Assembly: GCA_002898395.1 (NCBI GenBank)
Contig: BEHE01000004.1
Span: 32,001-96,000, forward strand
DNA length: 64,000 nt
Direction: 5' to 3'
Origin: Candidatus Calditenuaceae archaeon HR02
Lineage (GTDB): Archaea > Thermoproteota > Nitrososphaeria_A > Caldarchaeales > Calditenuaceae
A program made the position numbers and the translations under genes. Below the pieces are notes generated by a model. The model ran no database searches, was not told where the DNA came from, and worked only from the letters and a program-made list of their open reading frames with translations. Below are positions 48,478-58,599 of the stretch, piece by piece (positions within the stretch are counted from its first letter, which is position 1; every line of letters starts with the position of its first letter).

Positions 48478-49269
48478 TTGTCTCGGCCTTCTTACGAGAC
48501 TATCAAACTTGAGCGAGAGGATCGTGTGGCCTGGATAGTACTGAACAGGCCGCACAGATTGAACGCGTTTAATGAGGACATGATCCTAGAGCTACTTGAC
48601 GCCTTAAACACAGTTGAGGATGACCCAGGAGTTAGGTGTGTGGTCATTACGGGGGAAGGTGACAGGGCCTTCAGTGCGGGTGCTGACATAACTGCCTTTC
48701 CGAAGACTACTCCCACACTTGCCGAGGAGTTGTCCCGCAAGGGACAGAAGGTCTTTTCGACTATAGAGGAGATGTCCAAGCCAGTCATAGCGGCTATTAA
48801 CGGATACGCCCTAGGAGGAGGGCTTGAGCTGGCAATCTCTTGCGACTTCAGGATAGCATCAGAGCATGCCGAGTTGGGCTCTCCAGAGATTAATCTCGGG
48901 ATAATACCGGGCTGGGGTGGGACTCAGAAGCTGGTAAGGCTCGTGGGGCTGAGAAATGCCAAGAGGCTAGTGTTTCTTGGCGAGAGGATAAAGGCTGAAG
49001 AGGCTCTCAGAATAGGGTTAGTAGACAAGGTGGTGCCTTTCGAAAACCTCAGGGAGGAGACAATGTCCCTTGCAAAAAAGCTGTCAGAGGGGCCGCCCAT
49101 CGCATTGAGGTATGCCAAATATGCCCTCAACTTCGGCAGCCAGGTTCCACTAGAAGTAGGGCTGAGGCTGGAGTCAGCGCTGATGGCCCTGTTATTCTCT
49201 ACTAACGATGTGAAGAGGGGGATTGAGGCCTTCATGTCGAGGTCCAAGCCAGAGTTTAAAGGCGACTAG
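48478..49269 (+). CDS. Enoyl-CoA hydratase (crotonase)
   Basis: LNRPHRLNA, FSAGADI, GGGLELAISCD, PEINLGIIPGWGGTQ. Confidence 0.95.
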   Translation: MSRPSYETIKLEREDRVAWIVLNRPHRLNAFNEDMILELLDALNTVEDDPGVRCVVITGEGDRAFSAGADITAFPKTTPTLAEELSRKGQKVFSTIEEMSKPVIAAINGYALGGGLELAISCDFRIASEHAELGSPEINLGIIPGWGGTQKLVRLVGLRNAKRLVFLGERIKAEEALRIGLVDKVVPFENLREETMSLAKKLSEGPPIALRYAKYALNFGSQVPLEVGLRLESALMALLFSTNDVKRGIEAFMSRSKPEFKGD

Positions 49270-49285
49270 ACGGCGGGTCAGGGGC

Positions 49286-50452
49286 ATGAGGCGCGTCGCA
49301 GTTATTGGGGTGGGGCACAGCAGGTTTGGTGATAGACAGGATGTCAATGTTAAAGAACTTGCATTCGAGTCAGTTAAGCCCGCTCTCGAGGATGCGGGAC
49401 TAACTCCCAAAGACATACCCTATGTTACTGTCGGCTCTATCGGGGTATGGTATGAAGAGCCCCTACCGGCCGTCGCTATTGCCGAGTATTGTGGACTGAC
49501 AGGCGCAGGTCTTGTCAGGGTTGAGGCGGCATGTGCAACTGGTAGTGCGGCCGTATACTCCGCATACACAGCAATAGCCAGCGGGGCTGTTGATTTAGCA
49601 CTGGTTGTTGGGGTTGAGAAGATGAGGGAGGTGGATACATCCCTGGCTGTCGAGTTGATAGGGCGCGCGGGATCGTATCTATGGGAGTTTGAATACTTCG
49701 GCATGACCTTCCCAAGCTACTATGCGCTGTACGCTACAGCCTATATGAATAGGTATGGCGCAACAGAGGAGGACCTAGCGCTAGTTGCTGTCAAGAATCA
49801 CAAGTATGCTGCCCTAAATCCGCTTGCACACTTACAGAAGGAAATCAGCGTCGAGGATGTCTTGTCGTCCTATATGATTTCTTGGCCGCTAAAGCTCTAT
49901 GACTGCTCCCCAATCACCGATGGGAGTGCCGCCCTTGTACTCGCTTCAGAGGAGAAAGTAAGGGAACTCAGGGTTGACACACCAGTATGGATAGCAGGTG
50001 TAGGATATTCCTCAGGGTCAAGCACCCTCTCCCAGAGGAGTGACTTTTTAGGCTTGGACGCTGCAGTGAAGGCTTCTCAAATGGCGTATAGGATAGCTGG
50101 TGTCAGGCCTGACCAGATAGACTCAGCCAACGTTCACGACTGTTTCACAATAGCTGAGCTCTTAGCGTATGAGGACTTGGGATTCTGCAGAAGAGGCGAA
50201 GGAGTCAAGATGATTAGGGACGGGGAGACCGAGATAGGCGGCAGGATTCCTGTTAACGTGGATGGCGGGTTGAAGGCGAAGGGGCATCCAATAGGTGCTA
50301 CGGGGGTCTCTATGATAGTTGAGCAGACCAAGCAGCTAAGGGAAGAGGTTAAACCGTCTGCGCGCCAAGCACCTATGAAGAACTACATAGCACTGACACA
50401 CAACGTAGGCGGGACTGGCCACTACTGCTACGTGACCGTCCTTAAGAGGTGA
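49286..50452 (+). CDS. Thiolase (archaeal/SCP2-type acetyl-CoA acyltransferase)
   Basis: VEAACATG, KNHKYA, DCSPITDG, VHDCF, KGHPIGATG; start ATG 49286. Confidence 0.93.
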   Translation: MRRVAVIGVGHSRFGDRQDVNVKELAFESVKPALEDAGLTPKDIPYVTVGSIGVWYEEPLPAVAIAEYCGLTGAGLVRVEAACATGSAAVYSAYTAIASGAVDLALVVGVEKMREVDTSLAVELIGRAGSYLWEFEYFGMTFPSYYALYATAYMNRYGATEEDLALVAVKNHKYAALNPLAHLQKEISVEDVLSSYMISWPLKLYDCSPITDGSAALVLASEEKVRELRVDTPVWIAGVGYSSGSSTLSQRSDFLGLDAAVKASQMAYRIAGVRPDQIDSANVHDCFTIAELLAYEDLGFCRRGEGVKMIRDGETEIGGRIPVNVDGGLKAKGHPIGATGVSMIVEQTKQLREEVKPSARQAPMKNYIALTHNVGGTGHYCYVTVLKR

Positions 50453-50461
50453 GAGTAGAGC

Positions 50462-50902
50462 ATGTCTGGACTGCCAGTAATAAAATCGCGTAAGCTCGAG
50501 ATAACATACAATATTCCCATCAGCAAAACCGTACGGTTCTGGGAGGGTTTGAAGGAGGGTAAGATCCTGGCGACGAGATGTAGGAACTGTGGAAAACTCC
50601 ACTTCCCCCCAGCTGCAGATTGCAGCCAATGCTACTCCTCTGATATGGAATGGGTCGAGCTGAGCGGGGAGGGAAGGCTCGTCACCTATACTCACGTTAT
50701 AGTCAGGCCCAAGAGCTTCCAGGAAGAACAGCCCTACACGGTCGGTATAGCCGAGCTCAAGGAGGGTGTAAAGGTGCTCGCATGGCTAACAGACGTCAAG
50801 AGAAAGGACATCAAGATTGGCATGGAATTGAAAATGGTCCCAAAACAGCTACCAGACGGAAGGATAGCTTACGTCTTTAAGCCGTTAACAACAAGGGAGT
50901 AG
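50462..50902 (+). CDS. DUF35 Zn-ribbon/OB-fold thiolase partner
   Basis: FWEGLKEG, CRNCG..FPP..CSQC, GRLVTYT; directly after the thiolase. Confidence 0.92.
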   Translation: MSGLPVIKSRKLEITYNIPISKTVRFWEGLKEGKILATRCRNCGKLHFPPAADCSQCYSSDMEWVELSGEGRLVTYTHVIVRPKSFQEEQPYTVGIAELKEGVKVLAWLTDVKRKDIKIGMELKMVPKQLPDGRIAYVFKPLTTRE

Positions 50903-50964
50903 CAGAACAGTGGGACTAAGACGTATATATCTGTACGCGTTTATCATTATCGCGGTGGGCGTTA

Positions 50965-52155
50965 TTGTTGGATGAGGTTAGGAAAGTGGCTGTTATTGGC
51001 GCTGGGATGATGGGGCACGGCATAGCTCAAGTCTTTGCTATGAGGGGGTATGAGGTGAATCTGCTTGACATTAGTGAGGATATTTTGAGGAAGGCGATGC
51101 AGAATATTGAATGGAGCTTAGGGAAGTTTGTAGAGAAGAAGAGGATTAGGAGGGAGGATGCCGATGCCGCACTATCAAGGATAAAGCCAACCATCTCCTA
51201 TGAGGCGGGTGTTGGTAACGTTGACCTCGTCATAGAGGCTGTTCCCGAGAAGATGGATTTGAAGAAGAAGATATTCAGTACAGTAGACAAGATTGCCCCC
51301 CCTCACGCGATACTAGTATCCAACACCTCCACCCTCAGCATAAGCGAGATGGGCGAGGCTACTAGTAGGCCCGACAAAGTCGCCGGAATGCACTGGTTTA
51401 ACCCGCCCCAGCTCATGAACCTCATCGAGGTGGTTAAGGGCGACAAGACTAGCCAAGAAACCATCGATAAGATAATCGCCCTAAGTAAGGCTCTGGGCAA
51501 GACGCCCATCCTCTGCAAGAAGGATGCACGCGGGTTTATTGTTAACCGGGTCCTAGGCCAGGTCTTTAATGAGGCTTTCTGGGCCTACCATAGGGGTGAA
51601 GCGAGTATGGAGGGGATAGACGCGTCTATCAAGTATACTGGAGGTTTCCCGATGGGCTGGTTTGAGCTTTGCGACTTCGTCGGACTGGACATTGCATACG
51701 AGGTCGGAAATGTACTTTACCAGGCGTATGGTGAAAGGTTTAAGCCCTGCTCAGAAGTTATTGAACCACTCGTCAAGCAAGGGAAGCTAGGCCAGAAGGC
51801 AGGCGGAGGATTTTATGACTGGTCGAAGGGCAGGCCTCGCATCCGCTTCGAGCTCTCCGACGAGTATGATGTGGAGAGGTCTTGGGCGGTTGCTGTTAAT
51901 GAGGCGGCGTGGCTAATCCAGGAAGATGTAGCTGACCCTGAAAGCATCGACACAGGAATGAAGCTGGGGACGGCGTGGCCTATGGGGCCGTGTGAATACG
52001 CAGACAAAAAGGGAATAGACATAGTAATTCAGAAATTGGAGGAGCTCTACAAGAGATTTGGGATGGAGATGTATTCACCGTGCCCCCTTCTGAAGGAATA
52101 TCTCACCAATAGGTGGCTAGGAAAGAAAACAGGTAGAGGATTTTACCAGTATTGA
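50965..52155 (+). CDS. 3-hydroxyacyl-CoA dehydrogenase with duplicated C-domain
   Basis: GAGMMGHGIA, EAVPE, SNTSTL, GMHWFNP, GFIVNR, two PMG repeats. Confidence 0.93.
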   Translation: MLDEVRKVAVIGAGMMGHGIAQVFAMRGYEVNLLDISEDILRKAMQNIEWSLGKFVEKKRIRREDADAALSRIKPTISYEAGVGNVDLVIEAVPEKMDLKKKIFSTVDKIAPPHAILVSNTSTLSISEMGEATSRPDKVAGMHWFNPPQLMNLIEVVKGDKTSQETIDKIIALSKALGKTPILCKKDARGFIVNRVLGQVFNEAFWAYHRGEASMEGIDASIKYTGGFPMGWFELCDFVGLDIAYEVGNVLYQAYGERFKPCSEVIEPLVKQGKLGQKAGGGFYDWSKGRPRIRFELSDEYDVERSWAVAVNEAAWLIQEDVADPESIDTGMKLGTAWPMGPCEYADKKGIDIVIQKLEELYKRFGMEMYSPCPLLKEYLTNRWLGKKTGRGFYQY

Positions 52156-52171
52156 GCAGTTAAGCAGCCCA

Positions 52172-53152
52172 TTATTTCACTCCTTTTGCTTCTTTAATTT
52201 TCTTTATTAGGGCTGGGACTATCTTGAAGAGGTCGTCAACCACGCCGTAGTGGGCTACGTTGAATATTGGTGCATTAGGGTCCTTGTTTACTGCAATTAT
52301 CAACTGGGAGTTCATCATACCCATAATGTGCTGGAATGCCCCGCTGATGCCGAGAGCGATATAGAGCCTTGGTTTGACCGTCTTGCCTGATGAGCCGACC
52401 TGTCTGTCAGGTGGGAGCCAACCCTTATCCACTATTGGCCTTGAACACGCAACTACGCCACCCAGTAGCCTAGCCAGCTCCTCTGCGAGTGGAATGTTTG
52501 TCTTTTCACCTATTCCGCGCCCTATAGCAACTATGATATCTGCAGACTCTATAGACACTCCAGACTCGGCAGGAACAACTAAGCCCCTAACCCTTACTCT
52601 CGCCTTGCCGCCCAGCTCCGGCGGAGCCATCTTCACGACAACGCCCCTTCTTGCTGTCTTGCTCGGACGAAATGCACCTGCCCTCACAGTCAAGATATAG
52701 CCCTCCGCCACTCTAGCACTGACCCTAGCGTTGAGCTTCCCTCCATACATCTGGCGTGTGGCGTAGAGACGTCCATTCGCGAACTCTACGTCGATGCAGT
52801 CTGTGATCAACGGGAATCCCAACTCTACAGCGAGTCTGGGAGCGAGGTCCATTCCCAGCGAGGTGTGCCCCACTACCAAGACCCTAGGCCGCCTCTCCCT
52901 GAGAATGTGGGATACTACCAGTTGATAATTCTCAGAGTGATATTGTGAGAGCCTCTCATCCTCTGTCAGTAATACAGTGTCGCAATATTCAGATAGTTGC
53001 TCTGCAAGCTTTTCAACCTCGGAGCCTAGGACTAGTGCAGCAACTTTCAAGCCCGTCTTCTCGGCAAGCTTTCTCCCCGCTGCGAGCGCCTCGAACGTTA
53101 TCTCGCGGGCCTCTCCACCTCTCTGCTCCGCCAGAACTATAATCTCGCTCAA
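52172..53152 (-). CDS. etfA: Electron transfer flavoprotein alpha subunit
   Basis: GRGIG, SRPIVD, QVGSSGKTV, GISGAFQH, NKDPNAPIF. Confidence 0.95.
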   Translation of the reverse strand: MSEIIVLAEQRGGEAREITFEALAAGRKLAEKTGLKVAALVLGSEVEKLAEQLSEYCDTVLLTEDERLSQYHSENYQLVVSHILRERRPRVLVVGHTSLGMDLAPRLAVELGFPLITDCIDVEFANGRLYATRQMYGGKLNARVSARVAEGYILTVRAGAFRPSKTARRGVVVKMAPPELGGKARVRVRGLVVPAESGVSIESADIIVAIGRGIGEKTNIPLAEELARLLGGVVACSRPIVDKGWLPPDRQVGSSGKTVKPRLYIALGISGAFQHIMGMMNSQLIIAVNKDPNAPIFNVAHYGVVDDLFKIVPALIKKIKEAKGVK

Positions 53153-53935
53153 CTACAACAACCCCCTCGCCCTTAAAAGCTCGATTATCTTCGAAGCCAC
53201 CTCCTCCGGGCTTCCGCCAACAAACTCGATACGTCTCTCAACCCGCGGAGCATATAGCCCCTCGACACGTATCCAAGGCTCACCAACCTCCTCCAAACTC
53301 AGGCCGAGATCGTCGAGAGACATGACCTTGATCTCCCTCCTCATTGCCATCCTAATCCCGAGCACCGAGACATATCTCAGCTCAACAATACCTGTCTGGA
53401 CCGTTATCACCGCCGGCAAGTCAAGCTCTACGACCTCTTCAACACCTCCTTCCAACTCCCTATGGACGACAGCACGGCCATCAACTATCTCAATCTTCTT
53501 TGCGAGGGTGGCGTGTGGGAGGTTAAGGTATTGGGCTATGGCTGGCCCCGTTATGGCGTAGCCATCGTCGTTTGCCTGAACACCTGTGAGTATCAGGTCG
53601 AATGACGTCTTTTTTGCGGCCGCCGAGAGGACTTTAGCGACCGTGAAGGGGTCGTATAGGTTAACTCTAGGGTCTCCTATTCTGATGGCCTTGTCGGCCC
53701 CCTTGGCAAGGCACCTCCTCAAGACTCTGTCAGCCTCTTCGCCGCCGATAGAAACCGCGGTCACACTCCCACCATGCTTCTCCCTCAACACGAGTGCGAC
53801 CTCCAATGCATAGTCATCCCACTCATTTATGTCATAACTCAGGCCTCGTCTCTCTATCTCCCTCCCACTGCTATCAACCTTCAGCTCCGCAGAGGATACA
53901 TCGGGGACGTACTTCACACACACAATAATATCCAA
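53153..53935 (-). CDS. etfB: Electron transfer flavoprotein beta subunit
   Basis: IIVCVKYVPD, INEWDDYALE, GADKAI, GVQAND; start placed at TTG 53935. Confidence 0.94.
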   Translation of the reverse strand: MDIIVCVKYVPDVSSAELKVDSSGREIERRGLSYDINEWDDYALEVALVLREKHGGSVTAVSIGGEEADRVLRRCLAKGADKAIRIGDPRVNLYDPFTVAKVLSAAAKKTSFDLILTGVQANDDGYAITGPAIAQYLNLPHATLAKKIEIVDGRAVVHRELEGGVEEVVELDLPAVITVQTGIVELRYVSVLGIRMAMRREIKVMSLDDLGLSLEEVGEPWIRVEGLYAPRVERRIEFVGGSPEEVASKIIELLRARGLL

Positions 53936-54028
53936 ACCGAGCCACAACTCCGGCACGGCTACTATCTGTGCCAACAGACCCATATATTGCCAACCGATAT
54001 AAACCTTAGATTATGGAAGGCTTGGACA

Positions 54029-55111
54029 CTATCCCATCGTAACCGTGACCCCCATGGTCTCAAGCTTTTCGAGGAAGAGGCGGGTCTCTATGATGGCTTC
54101 GGGAGGGAATACGCCCCTCTCCACTATCTGGTCTTGTAGGATTAGGTGTGCGCCCAGTGCGGCTGGAGCTGTGGTGAGTTTTCGCATCCTGTTTACCGAT
54201 GCGTAGCTGACCCTCTTCTCACCCCTTTCGATAACTACTTTCACTCCGCTCAAAGCCACCCCACCAGTCCTGAACAAGTCTTCTATTTTGTTGATAAACT
54301 TGGAGAGCTTCTCGACCCTCCACCTGGTAGACGTCAATCCTAGTCTGACAAACAGCTTCGCAAGATCGGTCTGCCACTCCGGTATAAGACAGCCGCGAAT
54401 AGTCACCCGCTTCAAGACCCTTAGGTTGCGGGATATTGTTAATGGCTCTGGATGCCCAACGTAGTATAGTTTCAGCTTACCAACAACCGGAAACTCAAAT
54501 GTCACCCTTGAAGAGCCCGCCCTAACCATCGTTATACTCCCGTCGAGAAACATGGGCACTTCGCCTGTCATGGCGTGGAAAAGATGCATAATTACGGCCA
54601 GCCCTCTTGAGTCCGCGGCTGAGCCGAACCATCCTATATCGACAGAGTCGGCCTCACCTCCAAGCTCCTCAACACCCATCTTGGCCAGTATGTTGGATAG
54701 ACCCGGCGTCCATCCAAGTCCAGTTATGTATGTGACCCCGTTCTTCATGGCCTGGGCGGAAAGCCCCAAGATCTGCTCAGCCGCGTCGTGGTCGTCACAC
54801 AGGTCTATCCCGCTCTTGCCAGCAACAATTAGCGTCTCCGCAATCGCAAAGCCATGCTTATAGAAGGGGCCTATAGCATTGACTACCACGTCATACCCCT
54901 TAACAATATTGGCCAACTTATCCCGAGATGACGCATCAACCCTGACCACCCCAACCTCCCCAATATCCCTGAGCGAATTAGCTATACTCTGGGCTTTTGC
55001 CGTGTTGATATCACCAATATCGACCTGAACCCCCAGCTTCACTAACTCCTCCACCACCCCACTCCCCATATCACCAGCACCCCCTAGAACAAGGGCTGAG
55101 CCAATTGTCAC
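54029..55111 (-). CDS. Saccharopine dehydrogenase-like NAD(P)-dependent oxidoreductase
   Basis: LGGAGDMG, VNAIGPFY, DLCDD, GLGWTPGLSN, GHPEP, GVFPPE. Confidence 0.85.
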   Translation of the reverse strand: MTIGSALVLGGAGDMGSGVVEELVKLGVQVDIGDINTAKAQSIANSLRDIGEVGVVRVDASSRDKLANIVKGYDVVVNAIGPFYKHGFAIAETLIVAGKSGIDLCDDHDAAEQILGLSAQAMKNGVTYITGLGWTPGLSNILAKMGVEELGGEADSVDIGWFGSAADSRGLAVIMHLFHAMTGEVPMFLDGSITMVRAGSSRVTFEFPVVGKLKLYYVGHPEPLTISRNLRVLKRVTIRGCLIPEWQTDLAKLFVRLGLTSTRWRVEKLSKFINKIEDLFRTGGVALSGVKVVIERGEKRVSYASVNRMRKLTTAPAALGAHLILQDQIVERGVFPPEAIIETRLFLEKLETMGVTVTMG

Positions 55112-55199
55112 GGGATAATCACCGGGTCTAAATTACTTACAATTTTTATAAATCTTTAATGGGACATTATTAATATACCAGTTAAATAATAAATAGTAG

Positions 55200-56981
55200 T
55201 TGGTGGGTTTCTTGGCAAGGTTTTCAGGCGGGGAGATACTGGTCGAGTGCCTCTTGAAGGAAGGTGTGGTGTATGTTTTCGGGATTCCTGGAGACAGGTG
55301 CATTCCCTTCTACGATGCAATCTACAGGATAGGCTCCAAGCGCGGTATGAAGTTTGTGATGACGCGGCATGAGCAGGCGGCCGCGCACATGGCAGATGCC
55401 TATTACCGAATCACTGGGAAAGTTGCCGTCTGCACCGGGACTGTCGGTCCAGGGGCGGCGGACCTGGTCCCCGGTGTCTATGCCGCTTTTGCCGACAGTA
55501 TACCGATGGTCATAATAACCGCCCAAAACCAAAGCTTCAGAATTTACCCCGAGCACGGAAGTATGCAATCGCTTGACCAGCACGAGCTGTTCAGGCCAAT
55601 CACTAAGTGGAGCGCCGTGATAAACCACATATCGAGGATTCCCGAACTGGTTCAGAGGGCTTTTAGAGTTGCGCTAACTGGAAGGCCAGGGCCAGTCCAC
55701 CTAGACATCCCATCTGATGTCGTGTTTGGCGAGATAGAGATTGAGCCGGAGAAGAGCATCCACCCACCCCACATGTATAGGCCCACCCACCCTGTACAGG
55801 CCGATACCACTCTCGTTAAAGAGGCCGCCATGATGCTAGCCCACGCCAAGCTTCCACTGATACATGCCGGCGCTGGTGTTCTCAGGGGTATGGCGTCTGA
55901 AGAGCTAAAAGCTCTTGCTGAGCTCTTGAAGGCTCCTGTAGTGACGAGTCTCGCGGGTAGGGGTGCGGTTCCAGAGGACTCGGAATATTGCCTAATACCC
56001 GGTAGTCCGGGAGCGCTTGCTGCACAGTCGATGGCAGACGTCGTGTTGCATGTGGGAGGTAAGCTGGGGGACACCGATATGTGGGGGCGCTCTCCCCCCT
56101 GGGGGGAGGTTGGGGTACAGAGGTGGATACAGATAGACATTGACCCCGAGATGATAGGCTTGAACAGGCCTGTTGATCTCGCTCTCGTCGGAGACGCTAA
56201 AGCTGTTCTGCGTCAGCTGATTGGGGAGCTTCGGAGTATGCGCGTCGAGCCTGTGAGAGACCTGTCGCAGTTTAGGAGGCTGACCGAGGAGTGGGAGAGG
56301 GGATTCCTTGAGATAGCGCTTACGAGTTCCCATCCTATACATCCGCTTAGAGTTGTCTACGAAGCTAGGAGATTCTTTCCACGCGACGCGGTCAGTGTAG
56401 TAGACGGAGGAAACACAGCAGTCTGGGCACACTATCTAAACAGGATCTACGAGCCCAACACCTTCCTATGGGCGGCCGACTCGGGCCATCTCGGCTCAGG
56501 CCTCCCATACGCGATAGCAGCAAAAATCGCTAGGCCGGAGAGACCTGTCTATCTCTTAACCGGTGACGGCGCTTTCATGCTCAATGTGCAGGAGCTCGAG
56601 ACGGCGGCGAGGCTCAAAGCAGAGATAGTAGCAATAGTCTTCAACGATGCCCAATGGGGCATGATAAAGGGTGCGCAGAAACTATACTTCGGCTCCAGAT
56701 ACATCGGTGTAGACTTTACAGACGTGCGACACGACCTTATCGCCGAGGCCATGGGTTGCATGGGCATACGTGTCGAGAGCGCAGATGAGCTGAGAGAGGC
56801 GCTTGAGGAAGCCGCAACTGCAGGGAAGCCCGCCGTCGTGGATGTCAGGGTTAATAGTGAGGCCAACCTCACTCCGCCGGACCTTGAGACGCTTGCCGCC
56901 ATCTGGCTGGAGGGCTGCGAGCCGCCGGAGAGGGAGTATAAAGAAGAAGAGATAGAGACCGAGGCACAGGCGCCACTCTAA
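55200..56981 (+). CDS. ThDP-dependent enzyme (acetolactate synthase / 2-hydroxyacyl-CoA lyase superfamily)
   Basis: RHEQAAAHMAD, GPG, GRPGPVHLDIP, GDGAF..FND ThDP motif. Confidence 0.88.
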   Translation: MVGFLARFSGGEILVECLLKEGVVYVFGIPGDRCIPFYDAIYRIGSKRGMKFVMTRHEQAAAHMADAYYRITGKVAVCTGTVGPGAADLVPGVYAAFADSIPMVIITAQNQSFRIYPEHGSMQSLDQHELFRPITKWSAVINHISRIPELVQRAFRVALTGRPGPVHLDIPSDVVFGEIEIEPEKSIHPPHMYRPTHPVQADTTLVKEAAMMLAHAKLPLIHAGAGVLRGMASEELKALAELLKAPVVTSLAGRGAVPEDSEYCLIPGSPGALAAQSMADVVLHVGGKLGDTDMWGRSPPWGEVGVQRWIQIDIDPEMIGLNRPVDLALVGDAKAVLRQLIGELRSMRVEPVRDLSQFRRLTEEWERGFLEIALTSSHPIHPLRVVYEARRFFPRDAVSVVDGGNTAVWAHYLNRIYEPNTFLWAADSGHLGSGLPYAIAAKIARPERPVYLLTGDGAFMLNVQELETAARLKAEIVAIVFNDAQWGMIKGAQKLYFGSRYIGVDFTDVRHDLIAEAMGCMGIRVESADELREALEEAATAGKPAVVDVRVNSEANLTPPDLETLAAIWLEGCEPPEREYKEEEIETEAQAPL

Positions 56982-58018
56982 TACTTCACGAGCACCTTTA
57001 AGGCCTTCTTTTTCTCAAAAAGTTCAAATCCCATAGGAACCTTCTCCAAGTCGACCCTATGTGATATTATTCTGCTTGGATCAATCTTTCCACTGGCTAT
57101 AAGTCTCGTTAGTCTCTCTCCGCTCCTTATTGGGTTGCCGATGGAGAAGATAACTCTCTTCTCGGTCAGCCACAGTCCACCAACCGGAATATTGTATTCT
57201 TGGAGATGAAATCCTACAACCGAGACAGTGCCTTTCTTCCTCACCATGTCGATGGCCGTGCGTAGCGGTTCTACCGTCTTTCCTACGGCCTCTACAACGA
57301 TATCAGCTCCTCGCCCATCAGTCATATTCCGAACCTCTTCGGCGGGGTCTACCTCTGATGCGTTAATAGTAGTGAAGCCGAGAGACCTAGCCATCTCTAA
57401 CCTCTCTCTTACCATGTCGATAGCTATCACGTGAGAGGCCCCGTAGGTGGCCGCACACATGCCGCTTAACAATCCGATAGGGCCGCATCCCAAAATAGCT
57501 ACTATGTCGCCCGGCTCCATACCAGCGTTAATAATTGCGTCGTGTCCTGTCGGAAGGGCATCACTCACCATAACTAGCTTCTCGTCCGGAACGCCTTCCG
57601 GAGCCTTAATCATCACGGTGTCGGCGTATGGAACCCTGACAAGATCTGCGAAAGCACCGTCTAGACTCTCACCATAGGCAGGGCCCATGCCGAAAATATT
57701 CGTATTTTCACACTGGGTATGTAACTGTCTTCGACAAAACCAGCAACTCCCATCAGCAATCCAAGCGGATACTATTACCCTCTCACCCTCCCTGAAGCGC
57801 TTAACGTCTTTACCAACCTTCTCCACCACACCCATAAACTCATGCCCTAAAACCCCTCCCGGCACAACTGTCAGCGCTCCAGTGTAGACGTGCAGGTCGG
57901 TTCCGCAGATAGCTGCCGCCGTAGGCCTCACTAATGCGTCTTCATTAAGCCTAATGGTTGGCTCCGGCGCCTCCTCAACCCTCAGGTCAAAGGGGCCATA
58001 CCACTTAACAGCCCGCAT
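56978..58018 (-). CDS. Zn-dependent MDR alcohol dehydrogenase
   Basis: CGTDLH, GHEFMG, DGSCWFC..C structural Zn site, GCGPIG. Confidence 0.92.
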   Translation of the reverse strand: MRAVKWYGPFDLRVEEAPEPTIRLNEDALVRPTAAAICGTDLHVYTGALTVVPGGVLGHEFMGVVEKVGKDVKRFREGERVIVSAWIADGSCWFCRRQLHTQCENTNIFGMGPAYGESLDGAFADLVRVPYADTVMIKAPEGVPDEKLVMVSDALPTGHDAIINAGMEPGDIVAILGCGPIGLLSGMCAATYGASHVIAIDMVRERLEMARSLGFTTINASEVDPAEEVRNMTDGRGADIVVEAVGKTVEPLRTAIDMVRKKGTVSVVGFHLQEYNIPVGGLWLTEKRVIFSIGNPIRSGERLTRLIASGKIDPSRIISHRVDLEKVPMGFELFEKKKALKVLVKY

Positions 58019-58027
58019 AGAGACACC

Positions 58028-58486
58028 TCAAGCAAGAAACTCGGTGGGCACTTTCTTGATAGCGTTGACGAACGCGGAGGAGGCCGCCGCATTAGAGAGA
58101 AGCTTGGCGACATTACCCTTAACCTTCAGCTGCCCCGTCATTACCGCCACTGTGGGGCTGAGCCTACCTAGTGCCACTTTTTTCATGACATCATAGGAGC
58201 CCATTATCACTATGGGAGCCTCCTTCTCATCCGCCTTCGACAATATCTCAAAACCGCGACACTTCCCGTGATAGAGGTCAAGCCAAACGGCTACCTGCTC
58301 CGTCTTAAAATGCTCTTTAACCGGTGGCGGCAGGCTAGTTATCGCAAGGATAATAGGATCCTCCCAACCCCGGGCAGCCGACTCATACTCTTTATCACTG
58401 TTCAGAATGTCAACAAACGCCTGAACCCACTCCCTAGAACCGAAAATATAACGGCCACTCACATGGTTAGAGAAAGGTTGATCCAA
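58028..58486 (-). CDS. SCP2 (sterol/lipid carrier) domain protein
   Basis: FGSREW..LN..Y..AA.GW, LDLYHGKC, AVMTGQLKVKGN. Confidence 0.85.
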   Translation of the reverse strand: MDQPFSNHVSGRYIFGSREWVQAFVDILNSDKEYESAARGWEDPIILAITSLPPPVKEHFKTEQVAVWLDLYHGKCRGFEILSKADEKEAPIVIMGSYDVMKKVALGRLSPTVAVMTGQLKVKGNVAKLLSNAAASSAFVNAIKKVPTEFLA

Positions 58487-58599
58487 ATATAAGCTTTAAC
58501 TCTAAAACTGATATTCTACCCCATAACAAGCTGTGCAACATAGAGGAGTTCAGCATCGCAGCCTACAGCAAATGACCGTCTTCTTCAAGGGCATACGCA

